A stretch of DNA of 44,691 nucleotides from a virus (Duplodnaviria; Caudoviricetes): the IMG/VR virus record IMGVR_UViG_3300030493_000026, positions 1 to 44,691 of that record; one strand, given 5' to 3'. Made by a program: the position numbers and the translations under genes. The notes under the pieces were generated by a model. That model did not search any database. It saw nothing but the letters and a program-made list of their open reading frames with translations, and was not told the origin of the DNA. This document shows, piece after piece, positions 20,381-28,918 of this stretch; the first letter of the stretch is position 1; each line of letters begins with the position of its first letter.

Positions 20381-21097
20381 TCATAGATAATCCATGGGAT
20401 TCCAGTCTGGCTTCTGCTTTTCTGGCGGAATTACCTGCTCGTCCGTTTTCCTGCTTCTTGTGAACCACCACGCCCCCATAAGGAAGCACACCACAAGGTC
20501 ATCATGATCTTCCTCGGTATTCGCATTATACGACACATTGCGTGTTTTTTCATTCACTTTTCCACGGAACATCAACATCTGCCGTTTGAAGTCGTCCTCG
20601 AACTTCAACCCGGGTGCTATCGCAAGCCTTCCTTGCTGTACGATGTTCTGTCCTGCCGCAACCAAATCCTCTTTCGGTACGTGTATCTCCTTGAGCACCT
20701 GAGCGCCTGTGAATCCGTTCCCAAACACCTTTCCGAAAGACGAGAACACCTCGCGCACCTGTCCCGGGCCTGTGAACACTATCGGTACAGGAATTAAATA
20801 ATTCTCCCTGAGAATGTCTATCACGACCTCACCTATGCCTGTTCCGTCAATCACCAAGTCGTGGTTGTTCTTTATGTCCCGATGCTCGGTGATTACGTTG
20901 ATAATCCGGCAAACCTCGGTGAAGCGTGTATCGATCACTTTATCCAAGTGGATAATCTCATAGAAGTGCTGAATCTTGTCTGGAACTCCAGCCCTTTTGG
21001 AGCCGTCCAGTATCTTGATGTTGTCACGCATCACCATGATTGCGGTGGGGTCGCGCTTCTTCCCGGGGTCTACTAAAATCAGGTATTCTTTAGCCAT
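20381..21097 (-). CDS. Terminase large subunit, stand-alone RNase H-like nuclease domain
   Basis: ILVDPGKKRDPTAI, VIDGTGIGEVV and HDDLVVC acidic catalytic motifs. Confidence 0.85.
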   Translation of the reverse strand: MAKEYLILVDPGKKRDPTAIMVMRDNIKILDGSKRAGVPDKIQHFYEIIHLDKVIDTRFTEVCRIINVITEHRDIKNNHDLVIDGTGIGEVVIDILRENYLIPVPIVFTGPGQVREVFSSFGKVFGNGFTGAQVLKEIHVPKEDLVAAGQNIVQQGRLAIAPGLKFEDDFKRQMLMFRGKVNEKTRNVSYNANTEEDHDDLVVCFLMGAWWFTRSRKTDEQVIPPEKQKPDWNPMDYL

Positions 21098-21161
21098 TTG
21101 TCAATTTATTCCCCATGTTTTTGTATCAGCCTCGGATAATCCGGTACTCATGCCCGAACTT

Positions 21162-22085
21162 TCAGTAATTAATTGGCAATTCCAGCCCTTGTGCGCTCCC
21201 AATCGAGAAGTCAAGAGGCTTGGATGTGCCCTTGAATATCGCGTTGATCTCGTCATAGCTGAACACCTGCTCGTTCGGCTCCACGAACTCACAGCAATAC
21301 TCCTGCTTGTACATGTCGCGTCCCATCTCGTCCAGGTTACCCAACTGCTCATCGAATATATAATGCCGTGGGCTGTAGAACGCGGTGACACCACGCTTTG
21401 CCATGATCGCTTTGAACTCAGACTCGCTTATCGCCTCTATGAGTGACCATCCATCGGTGGATACATCCCAAGGTGCGCGTATGATAAATCGTTCCCACCG
21501 TTCGTTTTCCGATGCCTTGTGGAAGAATCCTCGCTTGCCATTCGGGGTGGATATCTGTATGACCTCGCACTTCTCGTTGTTCGTGAGCATGGGCATGACA
21601 CCGGAGCGATATACCGCGTCCTCGATACGTGAGCACTCGTCCAGCACTATGACATCGGGAGATGAGTACCCACGGGCTGATTTCTCGGTAGCTGGGACAA
21701 CCACGATACGGCTTCCATTGCTCAATTCCAGCAATGAGTCGCTATCACGTATGATTTTAGGGTAGTCTAGGTCGCGGCTGATGAAGTCCTTGACCTTTTC
21801 CATATCCTCCCGTGCCTGAGGTTCTGTCGCTCCCATGATGATAGACAGGCTCTTGGGGAAGAAACGCGCCCTATGGCACGGTATCGAGCTTACAATCGTG
21901 CTTTTCCCAACCTGCCTAGCTCCGAGTATGTGCTTTCTCTTATGCGTGGATTCCAGAACCATGAACTGCCAGTCGAACGGAACAAAGCCCAAGGACTTGA
22001 CGTACCTTGAGCGGGACAGGCCGAGAATAGCTGAGGCGTATATCTTATCCAGTGATAGATTTGGTAGACTTTTCAAGTTCTCCAA
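21162..22085 (-). CDS. Terminase large subunit, stand-alone ATPase domain
   Basis: PFDWQ adenine motif, ARQVGKST Walker A, VIVLDE Walker B, ISTPNG motif C, QEYCCEF end. Confidence 0.92.
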   Translation of the reverse strand: MENLKSLPNLSLDKIYASAILGLSRSRYVKSLGFVPFDWQFMVLESTHKRKHILGARQVGKSTIVSSIPCHRARFFPKSLSIIMGATEPQAREDMEKVKDFISRDLDYPKIIRDSDSLLELSNGSRIVVVPATEKSARGYSSPDVIVLDECSRIEDAVYRSGVMPMLTNNEKCEVIQISTPNGKRGFFHKASENERWERFIIRAPWDVSTDGWSLIEAISESEFKAIMAKRGVTAFYSPRHYIFDEQLGNLDEMGRDMYKQEYCCEFVEPNEQVFSYDEINAIFKGTSKPLDFSIGSAQGLELPINY

Positions 22086-22725
22086 TAATACGCTCCCTTA
22101 TGTCTGGAAATTCCTTTGTTGCATTGCTGATCACTTGGATGATGTTGGTGTAGATGTTCTCGGCATTCACCGTGACGTTCAGATTGTCTTTTACCAGTCC
22201 CTGTATCTTGGCCAACAGCTCTAGTTGCTTGTTGAGCACCATAGCGGTATCTAGGAGTAGTTTGCGCACATCGGCGGTCTTTGACTCTACCAAAAGCTTT
22301 TCCCGTCCTGAAGCCTCAATGCGGTCTAGGAGCTGTTGCAATGAGCATTTGTTGCGCTTGCGCTGCTGTCCCTCTACTTCTGGCTCAAGGTATATCACTG
22401 TGTATTCCGATGCTCTTGGGTCTAGGTTGTACTCGTTGGGGTTATCGCTGTCGAGTAGCCACTTGTCGCAAGCATCGTAGAGCTTCTGCACCCGCACCAT
22501 CGCTGTTTCAATGCGGTTTAGGAACGCATCACCCTCTTTCTTCTGCTCGACTGCCTTCACCTTCGCTACTGCTGGCATAAGGCGCTCTTTTACGTAAAAG
22601 CATAGTGTGGACTTCGGTATTGCGTAACGTTCGGCTATGTCTTGATAGCTCTTTCTCCCTGAGATAACAGCTTTTACTATCGCATCCCTTTGAGGATGGC
22701 TTTCTACTGTTACCCTTCTTCCCAT
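22045..22725 (-). CDS. Terminase small subunit (HTH)
   Basis: N-terminal HTH (HPQRDAI...SYQDIAERYAIPKSTL); immediately upstream of the ATPase gene. Confidence 0.7.
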   Translation of the reverse strand: MGRRVTVESHPQRDAIVKAVISGRKSYQDIAERYAIPKSTLCFYVKERLMPAVAKVKAVEQKKEGDAFLNRIETAMVRVQKLYDACDKWLLDSDNPNEYNLDPRASEYTVIYLEPEVEGQQRKRNKCSLQQLLDRIEASGREKLLVESKTADVRKLLLDTAMVLNKQLELLAKIQGLVKDNLNVTVNAENIYTNIIQVISNATKEFPDIRERIIGELEKSTKSITG

Positions 22726-23024
22726 TAAATGGTATCCTTATAGCGTTTTATGCCCGTTCCGTTGCAAATGTCACATTTCTCGAAGTTTCCATCTTTGGCA
22801 ACAATGCCAGTACCGTTGCATGAGGGGCAGAACGTCTTTCCCATGATGATGTCTGAGAGTATTCTCCATCCCCCGACCTCTTTGGCGAACTGCGCTAGGA
22901 TGGCTAGGGGAACCGCTACAAACAGCGTTGCCAGCAAGTGGTGTCCAAGTGCAAGGTCTTTGGTGATGATGGCGTAGAGAGCGATGTAGGCGATCATAGA
23001 GATGATTGGAAGTGCTTTCTTCAT
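22725..23024 (-). CDS. Membrane protein with DnaJ-type zinc finger
   Basis: Two hydrophobic segments followed by CPSCNGTG and CDICNGTG. Confidence 0.65.
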   Translation of the reverse strand: MKKALPIISMIAYIALYAIITKDLALGHHLLATLFVAVPLAILAQFAKEVGGWRILSDIIMGKTFCPSCNGTGIVAKDGNFEKCDICNGTGIKRYKDTI

Positions 23025-23178
23025 TTCATCTGCTCCTTTGCCTTGTCCATAGCTTCTTTGACCATCTTGGTCAGCTTTGCGTTCTCGCTTCGGTTTCCCG
23101 CGAATGTGTTCAGATATTCAACTTGCTTCACTAGATTCTCCCATGCCTTGGATTGTAGCACCTGCGTATCTGTTTTGT

Positions 23179-23421
23179 CTACCATGCTTTCCACTCCTTC
23201 ACCGCGTCCACCATCTTTGCGGTCACTTTGAAATCATGCACCCTGATACCGTTCGCGGTTTTGTACACCGGATACGGGCTTCCATGCAACGGGTAGCATA
23301 TCTGGATAAGAAAGCGGCCTCGGACGGTCTGGATGAAAAACGGGGGCTGGGATACCGCCTTGTGCTCTCGGCTTTCCTTCGCCGCCTCGTGGGGGTCTGC
23401 GTATACTTTCGGAACGTTCAA
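23179..23421 (-). CDS. Hypothetical protein
   Basis: Operon-packed ORF with a GGAGG upstream. Confidence 0.5.
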   Translation of the reverse strand: MNVPKVYADPHEAAKESREHKAVSQPPFFIQTVRGRFLIQICYPLHGSPYPVYKTANGIRVHDFKVTAKMVDAVKEWKAW

Positions 23422-23566
23422 ATTGCCACCTCCAATAAATCGGCCATGACCTGTATCCAGCGTCCCGTGCGCTCGTTGATGATCGTCACAAACTCTGCTT
23501 GCCCTAGCACCGTCCAGAAGTCGCCCTGGTATCGGACGCGGGTGTTAGGAGGGAAGTATCGGTCGC

Positions 23567-23971
23567 TCATTCGACCACCGTTATTTCCAGCTCAATTCTC
23601 GGCTGTTCACCGTAGAACTTTCTGATATGCGTTTCCACCACCTGCGAATCGTCCTTCCATGCAACGCTTTTGAGTGCATCGAATACCGTTTTCTCCACGT
23701 TGTCGATGTCGGGTCTGGAAGTGGGAAGTAATTGCTTCTCAATAGCCAATTGTGTTTTCTTCTTGGAGAACGATTTCGGGATAGCAAGATAGATGTCCAT
23801 CCTGAACACCACCGCACTTAGCATCATGTCGCACTTTCCCGCGATAGCTAGCCGGATGTAGTCCTTGTAGTCACGGCTCTTGGTTGGGTCGTAGGAACGC
23901 GCATATCCGTTTACCGTGGTGATTCGTGGACGGAGTTGAGGGATGGGGTCACCGTAAATGGTCACGAGCAT
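23567..23971 (-). CDS. rusA: RusA family Holliday junction resolvase (start revised to MLVTIYG)
   Basis: G.PIPQ.RPR and RPDIDNVEKTVFDAL..VAWKDDSQVV catalytic motifs; GGAGG before 23971. Confidence 0.9.
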   Translation of the reverse strand: MLVTIYGDPIPQLRPRITTVNGYARSYDPTKSRDYKDYIRLAIAGKCDMMLSAVVFRMDIYLAIPKSFSKKKTQLAIEKQLLPTSRPDIDNVEKTVFDALKSVAWKDDSQVVETHIRKFYGEQPRIELEITVVE

Positions 23972-24261
23972 AGATCCTCCCTGATCGCTTCTATCAGATT
24001 GCCAGCCTCTATTGGATGCGTTGCGATGTTCAGCAAAACCGCGCTGTTGCACTTCAAGCCACACACGCAAGCCAGATTTTTGGGATGGTGGATAAGCGAT
24101 TTGCCAAAGTGCGAAAGGTTGTACTTGGTCGAGGGCAAACGGTGCGCTAGTTGGCAACCGTCCAACGTCAGTGGCTTTCCACATACCTCGCATTTCCAGC
24201 AGCAAGCGTTGAGCATACGTGTTTTCTGCTCTATCATTTCAATGCGCTCTCTCAGTGTCAT
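23962..24261 (-). CDS. HNH/NinG-like zinc-binding nuclease-fold protein
   Basis: CEVCG...QLAHR...NL.CVC..KCN. Confidence 0.65.
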   Translation of the reverse strand: MTLRERIEMIEQKTRMLNACCWKCEVCGKPLTLDGCQLAHRLPSTKYNLSHFGKSLIHHPKNLACVCGLKCNSAVLLNIATHPIEAGNLIEAIREDLCS

Positions 24262-24404
24262 TCATTCCCCCTTTGGAGGATTCGGGCTTTGCTCCCTAGT
24301 CCGCACCGGTCAGGCATCCAGCGCGACAATCCCCCGATCGCCGTGGCTTCCACACGGCTTTCTCTAGGCCAGATTAATTATGAAATGTTCACCCATGCGG
24401 GCTA

Positions 24405-24519
24405 TGAGGGAGGCAGGAGTCGAACCTGCACTGTATCGGTACACCTTTGGAACGTTGCAAATTTACCCGATGTGAGCGTGCCATATGGTGCGTGCGTCTA
24501 CCAGTTCCGCCACTCCCTC
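24405..24519 (-). ncRNA. tRNA-like element (Leu-type D arm, canonical T arm, aberrant expanded centre)
   Basis: GAGGGAG/CTCCCTC-A acceptor stem, TGGCGGAACTGGTAGACGC D arm, GCAGG-TTCGACT-CCTGC T arm; no canonical anticodon arm. Confidence 0.75.
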
Positions 24520-24793
24520 GATATCGTAACCCAAAACGCGGGGCTTTCTCCCGCACGGTGCATATCAAACCTCCTTTATCTATTCCGTTAAAATCAAGTG
24601 CCGGTCTCTCCCGACTGCCACCATTCCCGTTCAAATGCCATTTTTCAGGTCTGGCAATCTAAGATGGTTTCTACCATCACTATCAGGTTATCCGTACCAC
24701 CTGCAAGCAGCCAACACCTTTTGTTTGGCAATCTTTGGGGTTTTAGGGGCGGTCGGTCATGGCTCGACTGGTTTCTGTGCGCCCCTTGCGTGA

Positions 24794-25126
24794 TCAATAT
24801 GGGATATCCTCTTCAAACTCTTCCGGCCCTGCAAACTGCGCCTCCTGTCGCTTCGGTGCGGGCTTCGGTTGTGGCTTCTGCTGTGGTTTCGCCCCTCCTT
24901 GAGCGTTGCCGTCTGACTTCCATGTGTTGACCGACAGGGTGTGCGTGTTGCCCTTATCGTCCCTCGCTCTCATCATCGAAAGGTCTAGATTCACGTACTG
25001 CTTCCCGTTTCCCACGGTCGTGATGTGTTCGGCTGGGATGTCGGAAAGGCACAGATTGATGCGATAGTATGCCCCGTAATTTCCTTGCACCTCCTTTGCT
25101 TTTCCGCAATAGATTTTATCAGCCAT
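24794..25126 (-). CDS. Putative single-stranded DNA-binding protein
   Basis: Beta-rich N-terminus, P/Q/K linker, acidic tail EEFEEDIPY. Confidence 0.65.
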   Translation of the reverse strand: MADKIYCGKAKEVQGNYGAYYRINLCLSDIPAEHITTVGNGKQYVNLDLSMMRARDDKGNTHTLSVNTWKSDGNAQGGAKPQQKPQPKPAPKRQEAQFAGPEEFEEDIPY

Positions 25127-25354
25127 TCATTCCTCCTTTATTTTATAGATAGACGGTTTCCCGTACCGCCCTCGCGTCACCACTTCCAGATCACGGCTGG
25201 CGATTAAGTGTTTCACATACTTCATCACCGTTTTTACCTGCCAGCCAGTCAGGTCTACAAGGTCTAGATAAGTTCCGTGATAGTGTCCGCTTACTGATTC
25301 TTTCTTCATCGCCTCTAGCAAGGCGAACTCCCAAGCTTTTATGTTCATAGCCAA
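25127..25354 (-). CDS. Small winged-helix DNA-binding protein
   Basis: TYLDLVDLTGWQVKTVMKYVKHL...LEV...G....IY wHTH pattern. Confidence 0.65.
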   Translation of the reverse strand: MAMNIKAWEFALLEAMKKESVSGHYHGTYLDLVDLTGWQVKTVMKYVKHLIASRDLEVVTRGRYGKPSIYKIKEE

Positions 25355-25377
25355 TTATACCATGTCGTGGGGTGGTG

Positions 25378-26013
25378 TCAAGCATTAAATAATTCCAATT
25401 GCGTGACCGATGGATAGGATTCATCGAGTAGTCCCCACTGAGTTGCCATTGCTTTTGCGATTCCTGGGAATGTCTTTGCTCTATTGCGCTGCCTATCCTT
25501 GCCTCCTTTAGAAAACCATGTGTGTGCATCGTGACAGCTTTGTATCGGCTCGACAATTTCTGTTGGGGAAAGTGGTGGCAAACCTTTTAACCAAAGCCTT
25601 GTTCTTTTCCGTACTGGATGCCCGAACTGCCACGGCTGTATCTCTTGTGTGCATTCTGGCATTCCAAATATCGCGCTTGGCATTGGATTCTCTATCGCAA
25701 TCCGTTTGCATTTGCAATTATAAAATTGCATAAAAAACGCTTTTCCCTCCAAACCTTTCTGATAACGGTCATTGTTCAATCTATGGCCCTTCCATAAATG
25801 TGATGCTCCAGCATTGCTTAGATACGTACACGGAGGAAACGCTATAATCATGTCCCAATCTTGCTCCAACAATGGTGTAACATCTTGCTGTAGATGCCAC
25901 TCAGGGTGTCCGCCGCTACAAGGGATGATGTCGCACGAGTACGCCTCGATGCCGAGATTGCGCAGTTCGATGGTTACGGCTTGCGATTCCTCACAGGCGA
26001 CTAAGACTTTCAT
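25378..26013 (-). CDS. Phage short-type DNA cytosine-C5 methyltransferase
   Basis: KVLVACEES, AYSCD, IAFPPCTYLS (catalytic PC), IAIENP, QPWQFGH and R.KTFPGIA.AMA.QW. Confidence 0.88.
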   Translation of the reverse strand: MKVLVACEESQAVTIELRNLGIEAYSCDIIPCSGGHPEWHLQQDVTPLLEQDWDMIIAFPPCTYLSNAGASHLWKGHRLNNDRYQKGLEGKAFFMQFYNCKCKRIAIENPMPSAIFGMPECTQEIQPWQFGHPVRKRTRLWLKGLPPLSPTEIVEPIQSCHDAHTWFSKGGKDRQRNRAKTFPGIAKAMATQWGLLDESYPSVTQLELFNA

Positions 26014-26037
26014 AGCAACTCCTTATTATCCACGTTG

Positions 26038-26202
26038 TTATAATTTTTCTTCTGTAATTTCATAAACCTTATGCAACTGATATCTAATCTCTTGGCTAAA
26101 TTTCCTACCATTCTTGGTTGCATTGAGATTGATAGTTTCCAACAAATCCTTCTCCAAAACAATACTGACCGTGACCATCTTTGACTTCTCTTCTTTGCTC
26201 AT
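26038..26202 (-). CDS. Arc-like ribbon-helix-helix protein (54 aa), not in the ORF track
   Basis: MSKEEKSKMVTVSIVLEKDLLETINLNATKNGRKFSQEIRYQL: beta strand plus two helices with the A..NGR..SQEI Arc signature; GAGG RBS. Confidence 0.7.
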   Translation of the reverse strand: MSKEEKSKMVTVSIVLEKDLLETINLNATKNGRKFSQEIRYQLHKVYEITEEKL

Positions 26203-26728
26203 CCTCTTTCTCCTTTTTTAGTCGTCTTCTCACTTCTTCTCTGAATTTCTGTTTGTCGCCATCATAAAGATACAACAATTTCTCTGCAAACTCTTGGATA
26301 TAACAGGCTATTTTTTGGTCTTTATATCTACCAATACGCACTTGGATTTTTTTGATATAAACTGTTGCAGACCATAATATTTGCTTTCTATGTTTAGTCA
26401 TATTAACTCCAACATGGTTCCCAGCCCTTATCCTTGCCGTGTTCCTAGAGTTTTCTCTTGGTGTAACAACTCTCAAATTACTCAAATCGTTGTTAAGTGT
26501 ATTCCCATCTATGTGGTCTAGCATCATCCCTTTTGGAATCTGCTCATTGTAGTATAGCTGCCAATAAACCCTATGGTAAGAAATATGATTATACGAAAAC
26601 TCAACGCTAACGTATTTATTGGCAACGTATAAATAAGCCTTCATCCATTTTTTTTCTCTATCATAAAACCGTTCTAACACGCCATCTACAAGCCTGAATC
26701 TTTTTTTAAGTTCCTCTAGGTTTTCCAT
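26105..26728 (-). CDS. HNH endonuclease with AP2-like C-terminal region
   Basis: YHRVYW...LDHIDGNTLNNDLSNLRVVTPREN, then GV...W.A......IGRY; AT-rich. Confidence 0.88.
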   Translation of the reverse strand: MENLEELKKRFRLVDGVLERFYDREKKWMKAYLYVANKYVSVEFSYNHISYHRVYWQLYYNEQIPKGMMLDHIDGNTLNNDLSNLRVVTPRENSRNTARIRAGNHVGVNMTKHRKQILWSATVYIKKIQVRIGRYKDQKIACYIQEFAEKLLYLYDGDKQKFREEVRRRLKKEKEDEQRREVKDGHGQYCFGEGFVGNYQSQCNQEW

Positions 26729-26748
26729 AATGCCCCCTATGATTTATT

Positions 26749-26777
26749 ATTATATCATATGATATCATAGAATGCAA
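26749..26777 (-). promoter_or_regulatory. Sigma70-like promoter with palindromic operator candidate
   Basis: TTGCAT-17 bp-TATAAT on minus; overlapped by palindromes ATATCATATGATAT and TATGATATCATA. Confidence 0.75.
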
Positions 26778-26948
26778 TATGCAACTATTCCTCCAGATAC
26801 GGGTCATCGTCCACTTCGATTTCCACAGCCTCCAGGACGCTCAACGACACGCGCTTGTAAATAATCCCATCGCTGATTAGTGCCTGTCCGCAACTGATGT
26901 TGCAAACCCGAAAATACCCACCGCAATACCGCACCCAATCCCATAGTT

Positions 26949-27314
26949 TCATACCTTCATCTCCTTGTCGTGAATATTACCGATAATCAAAAGCTTTGAT
27001 GTTGTTGCTATTGGTTGCGCCACTGGCCTACGCTTTTGATCTGTGCAGGTAAGCATAATGCTAAATCCAAATCTTGCATGAATAGAATCCCATGTGATCG
27101 ACCCTATGAGTCCTTGGTGGTTTTTGCATATATCACCTTCATATATTTCCTTGCCATTTATATCCAGTAATCCAGTAAATTGCTCGAGGATATATTTTCT
27201 TTTCATACCGCAGTTTCCATCGTGATTTATTAGCCTATTCCAGAAATCTATTTCATAAATGGGCATCATGTCATTTTTTTCTGGTAGCCATGCCCTAAAT
27301 TTAATCTCTCTCAT
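26949..27314 (-). CDS. YopX family protein
   Basis: MREIKFRAW...QFTGLLD.NGKEIYEGDI...IIGNIH. Confidence 0.92.
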   Translation of the reverse strand: MREIKFRAWLPEKNDMMPIYEIDFWNRLINHDGNCGMKRKYILEQFTGLLDINGKEIYEGDICKNHQGLIGSITWDSIHARFGFSIMLTCTDQKRRPVAQPIATTSKLLIIGNIHDKEMKV

Positions 27315-27790
27315 TTCATCTCCTTTCCAAAAAGTGTTTTCACCGTCCGATTATCCATGTTCTCAATCAGCCATAGCTTGTTCGTATCCGCGAACTGGTG
27401 GCACATCTGAATCAGCAACGATGCTTGCTCAACCGATGCGAAATGCTGTGGTAGCGGTTCTTCTTTCCCGTCCATCGGGTTCAGCCATGTCGGATAGCCG
27501 AGAGTGCCGACAGCCATGCGCTTGATAGCTGTGTACACATGGTCTTTGTCCATCGAAATCTGTTCCGCGATATTTCCGCAATGGCCGTGTATATGGCTGT
27601 TCTGACTGCCTTCGCCTGTCGTTCTCGGTCGCTTCGGCTCCTCGACCGTGATAGTGAGATACCCTCCCTTTTTCTCCAACGCCCGGGTCTGTAGCCTCAG
27701 CCACTGTGCGTATAGGGCTTTGTCGGTTATGATAAGCTGGATGGAAGAGGCGGGGAGGGTGATGGTCATGGCTATGCTCTCCTGTTCCAA
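27311..27790 (-). CDS. NinB/Orf-like recombination protein
   Basis: PKRPRT....SQNSHIH..C..IAEQ pattern within the recombination cluster. Confidence 0.55.
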   Translation of the reverse strand: MEQESIAMTITLPASSIQLIITDKALYAQWLRLQTRALEKKGGYLTITVEEPKRPRTTGEGSQNSHIHGHCGNIAEQISMDKDHVYTAIKRMAVGTLGYPTWLNPMDGKEEPLPQHFASVEQASLLIQMCHQFADTNKLWLIENMDNRTVKTLFGKEMK

Positions 27791-28101
27791 AATTTGTCAG
27801 CATTATTTTTTCCATCTTCTGGGAATGCTTTAAAATCATGATTGCCTTTATTGCAAATAATGCAGTACGAATGATAGGATATTTCTACACGTTTTGGGTA
27901 TTCACCACAAACTGGACACGGAAGGAGTCCATCTTTCAACACACCTAAATCAACAACCCTTACGGCTGTTTGTAAAAGTGTGCCATTCACCATGTACGAA
28001 GTGTTGATCAACTTCATCATGTGCTCTTGTCCGTCTTTTTTCTCAACCCACTGGTCACCTACTTTTATCATGCCTCTAAGGATGTCTTCTCCATAACTCA
28101 T
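27772..28101 (-). CDS. Lar-like (restriction alleviation) zinc-finger protein (start revised)
   Basis: LLPCPVCG...IIC...WNRRA; ATGA overlap at 28098-28101. Confidence 0.7.
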   Translation of the reverse strand: MSYGEDILRGMIKVGDQWVEKKDGQEHMMKLINTSYMVNGTLLQTAVRVVDLGVLKDGLLPCPVCGEYPKRVEISYHSYCIICNKGNHDFKAFPEDGKNNADKFWNRRA

Positions 28102-28301
28102 TTCGCTGGCTCCTGTGGAATGGCTTTTGTGACCACTCCCGACTTGATGATGTTTTGCAAATACCGGAATTGGAAGCTTGTGACCCAACCAAGATGGTTA
28201 AATCTCCCGTAAATGTAGACGGAATTCCCTTGATCGAGCCATTCCGCTAATTCCCCGACAGTCTTAAAAATATCGCCCTCGTGATATTTTCTTTCACTCA
28301 T
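28098..28301 (-). CDS. Hypothetical protein
   Basis: Translationally coupled to neighbours on both sides. Confidence 0.6.
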   Translation of the reverse strand: MSERKYHEGDIFKTVGELAEWLDQGNSVYIYGRFNHLGWVTSFQFRYLQNIIKSGVVTKAIPQEPAK

Positions 28302-28918
28302 TTCCCGCCCTCCTGTATTTTCCTCAGTGCCTTATAATCCCGTGGATGCGCGAACCAATAACATCGGCTCATCGCGTCCAGAACCTCTAGGGCCTCGATG
28401 CGCTCCGATTCAAGCCATGTGTGAGGTTTATAATCGGTTTCGTGAAGGTAAAGGTTTGAGATTCTTGGGTATCCTATGACATTTATTGCATAGAACGCCA
28501 CTTGCACCACATGATCCCTCATCTTTGCGCTCGTGGTCTTGATGTCCGTCAGGTGCAAATCTCCATCGATTTTCCAGAGTCGGTCGTACCGTCCAGCGAT
28601 GAACAGGGATTCGTTGAATACGATTTTCTCCGATTCCAGGTATTCGATGTCGTGATCGAGCAGGAATTGCTCGTACTGAAGCATGAACGGGATCGATTCT
28701 GCGGAACAGAACATATGGTCGTACAAGCCAGTGTCCATCAGTTCAGTCATTGCGTGAACCTCGGTTCCACGATTCGCGTACATCTCTGGGATCTCGTAGG
28801 TGCTTGGTTTGATGATTCCCGTTTCCTTCATGATCTGCGTGATACTCGGAATGCGGATGGATTTTACCCCATCCACTACCCGGTACTCATGTCCGAAGTC
28901 GTCATAGGTGATATTCAT
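28298..28918 (-). CDS. PD-(D/E)XK exonuclease (lambda exo/YqaJ/Cas4-like; start revised to MNITYDD)
   Basis: PSITQI, RGTEVH, E......IAGRYDRL, DIKT and QVAFY motifs. Confidence 0.85.
   Translation of the reverse strand: MNITYDDFGHEYRVVDGVKSIRIPSITQIMKETGIIKPSTYEIPEMYANRGTEVHAMTELMDTGLYDHMFCSAESIPFMLQYEQFLLDHDIEYLESEKIVFNESLFIAGRYDRLWKIDGDLHLTDIKTTSAKMRDHVVQVAFYAINVIGYPRISNLYLHETDYKPHTWLESERIEALEVLDAMSRCYWFAHPRDYKALRKIQEGGK

Noticed and set aside
21098-21394. Frameshift plus TGA-CAA read-through joining the terminase halves via the 97-aa ORF
   Set aside because: It needs two recoding events, no slippery site is evident, and the bridging peptide looks non-conserved.
3565-22580. Numerous plus-strand ORFs over the structural module
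   Set aside because: They are antisense shadows of well-supported minus-strand genes, Ser-rich and without motifs.
24262-24404. HDV-like (theta) ribozyme downstream of the tRNA-like element
   Set aside because: I could not build the nested double pseudoknot by eye; left for an Infernal search.
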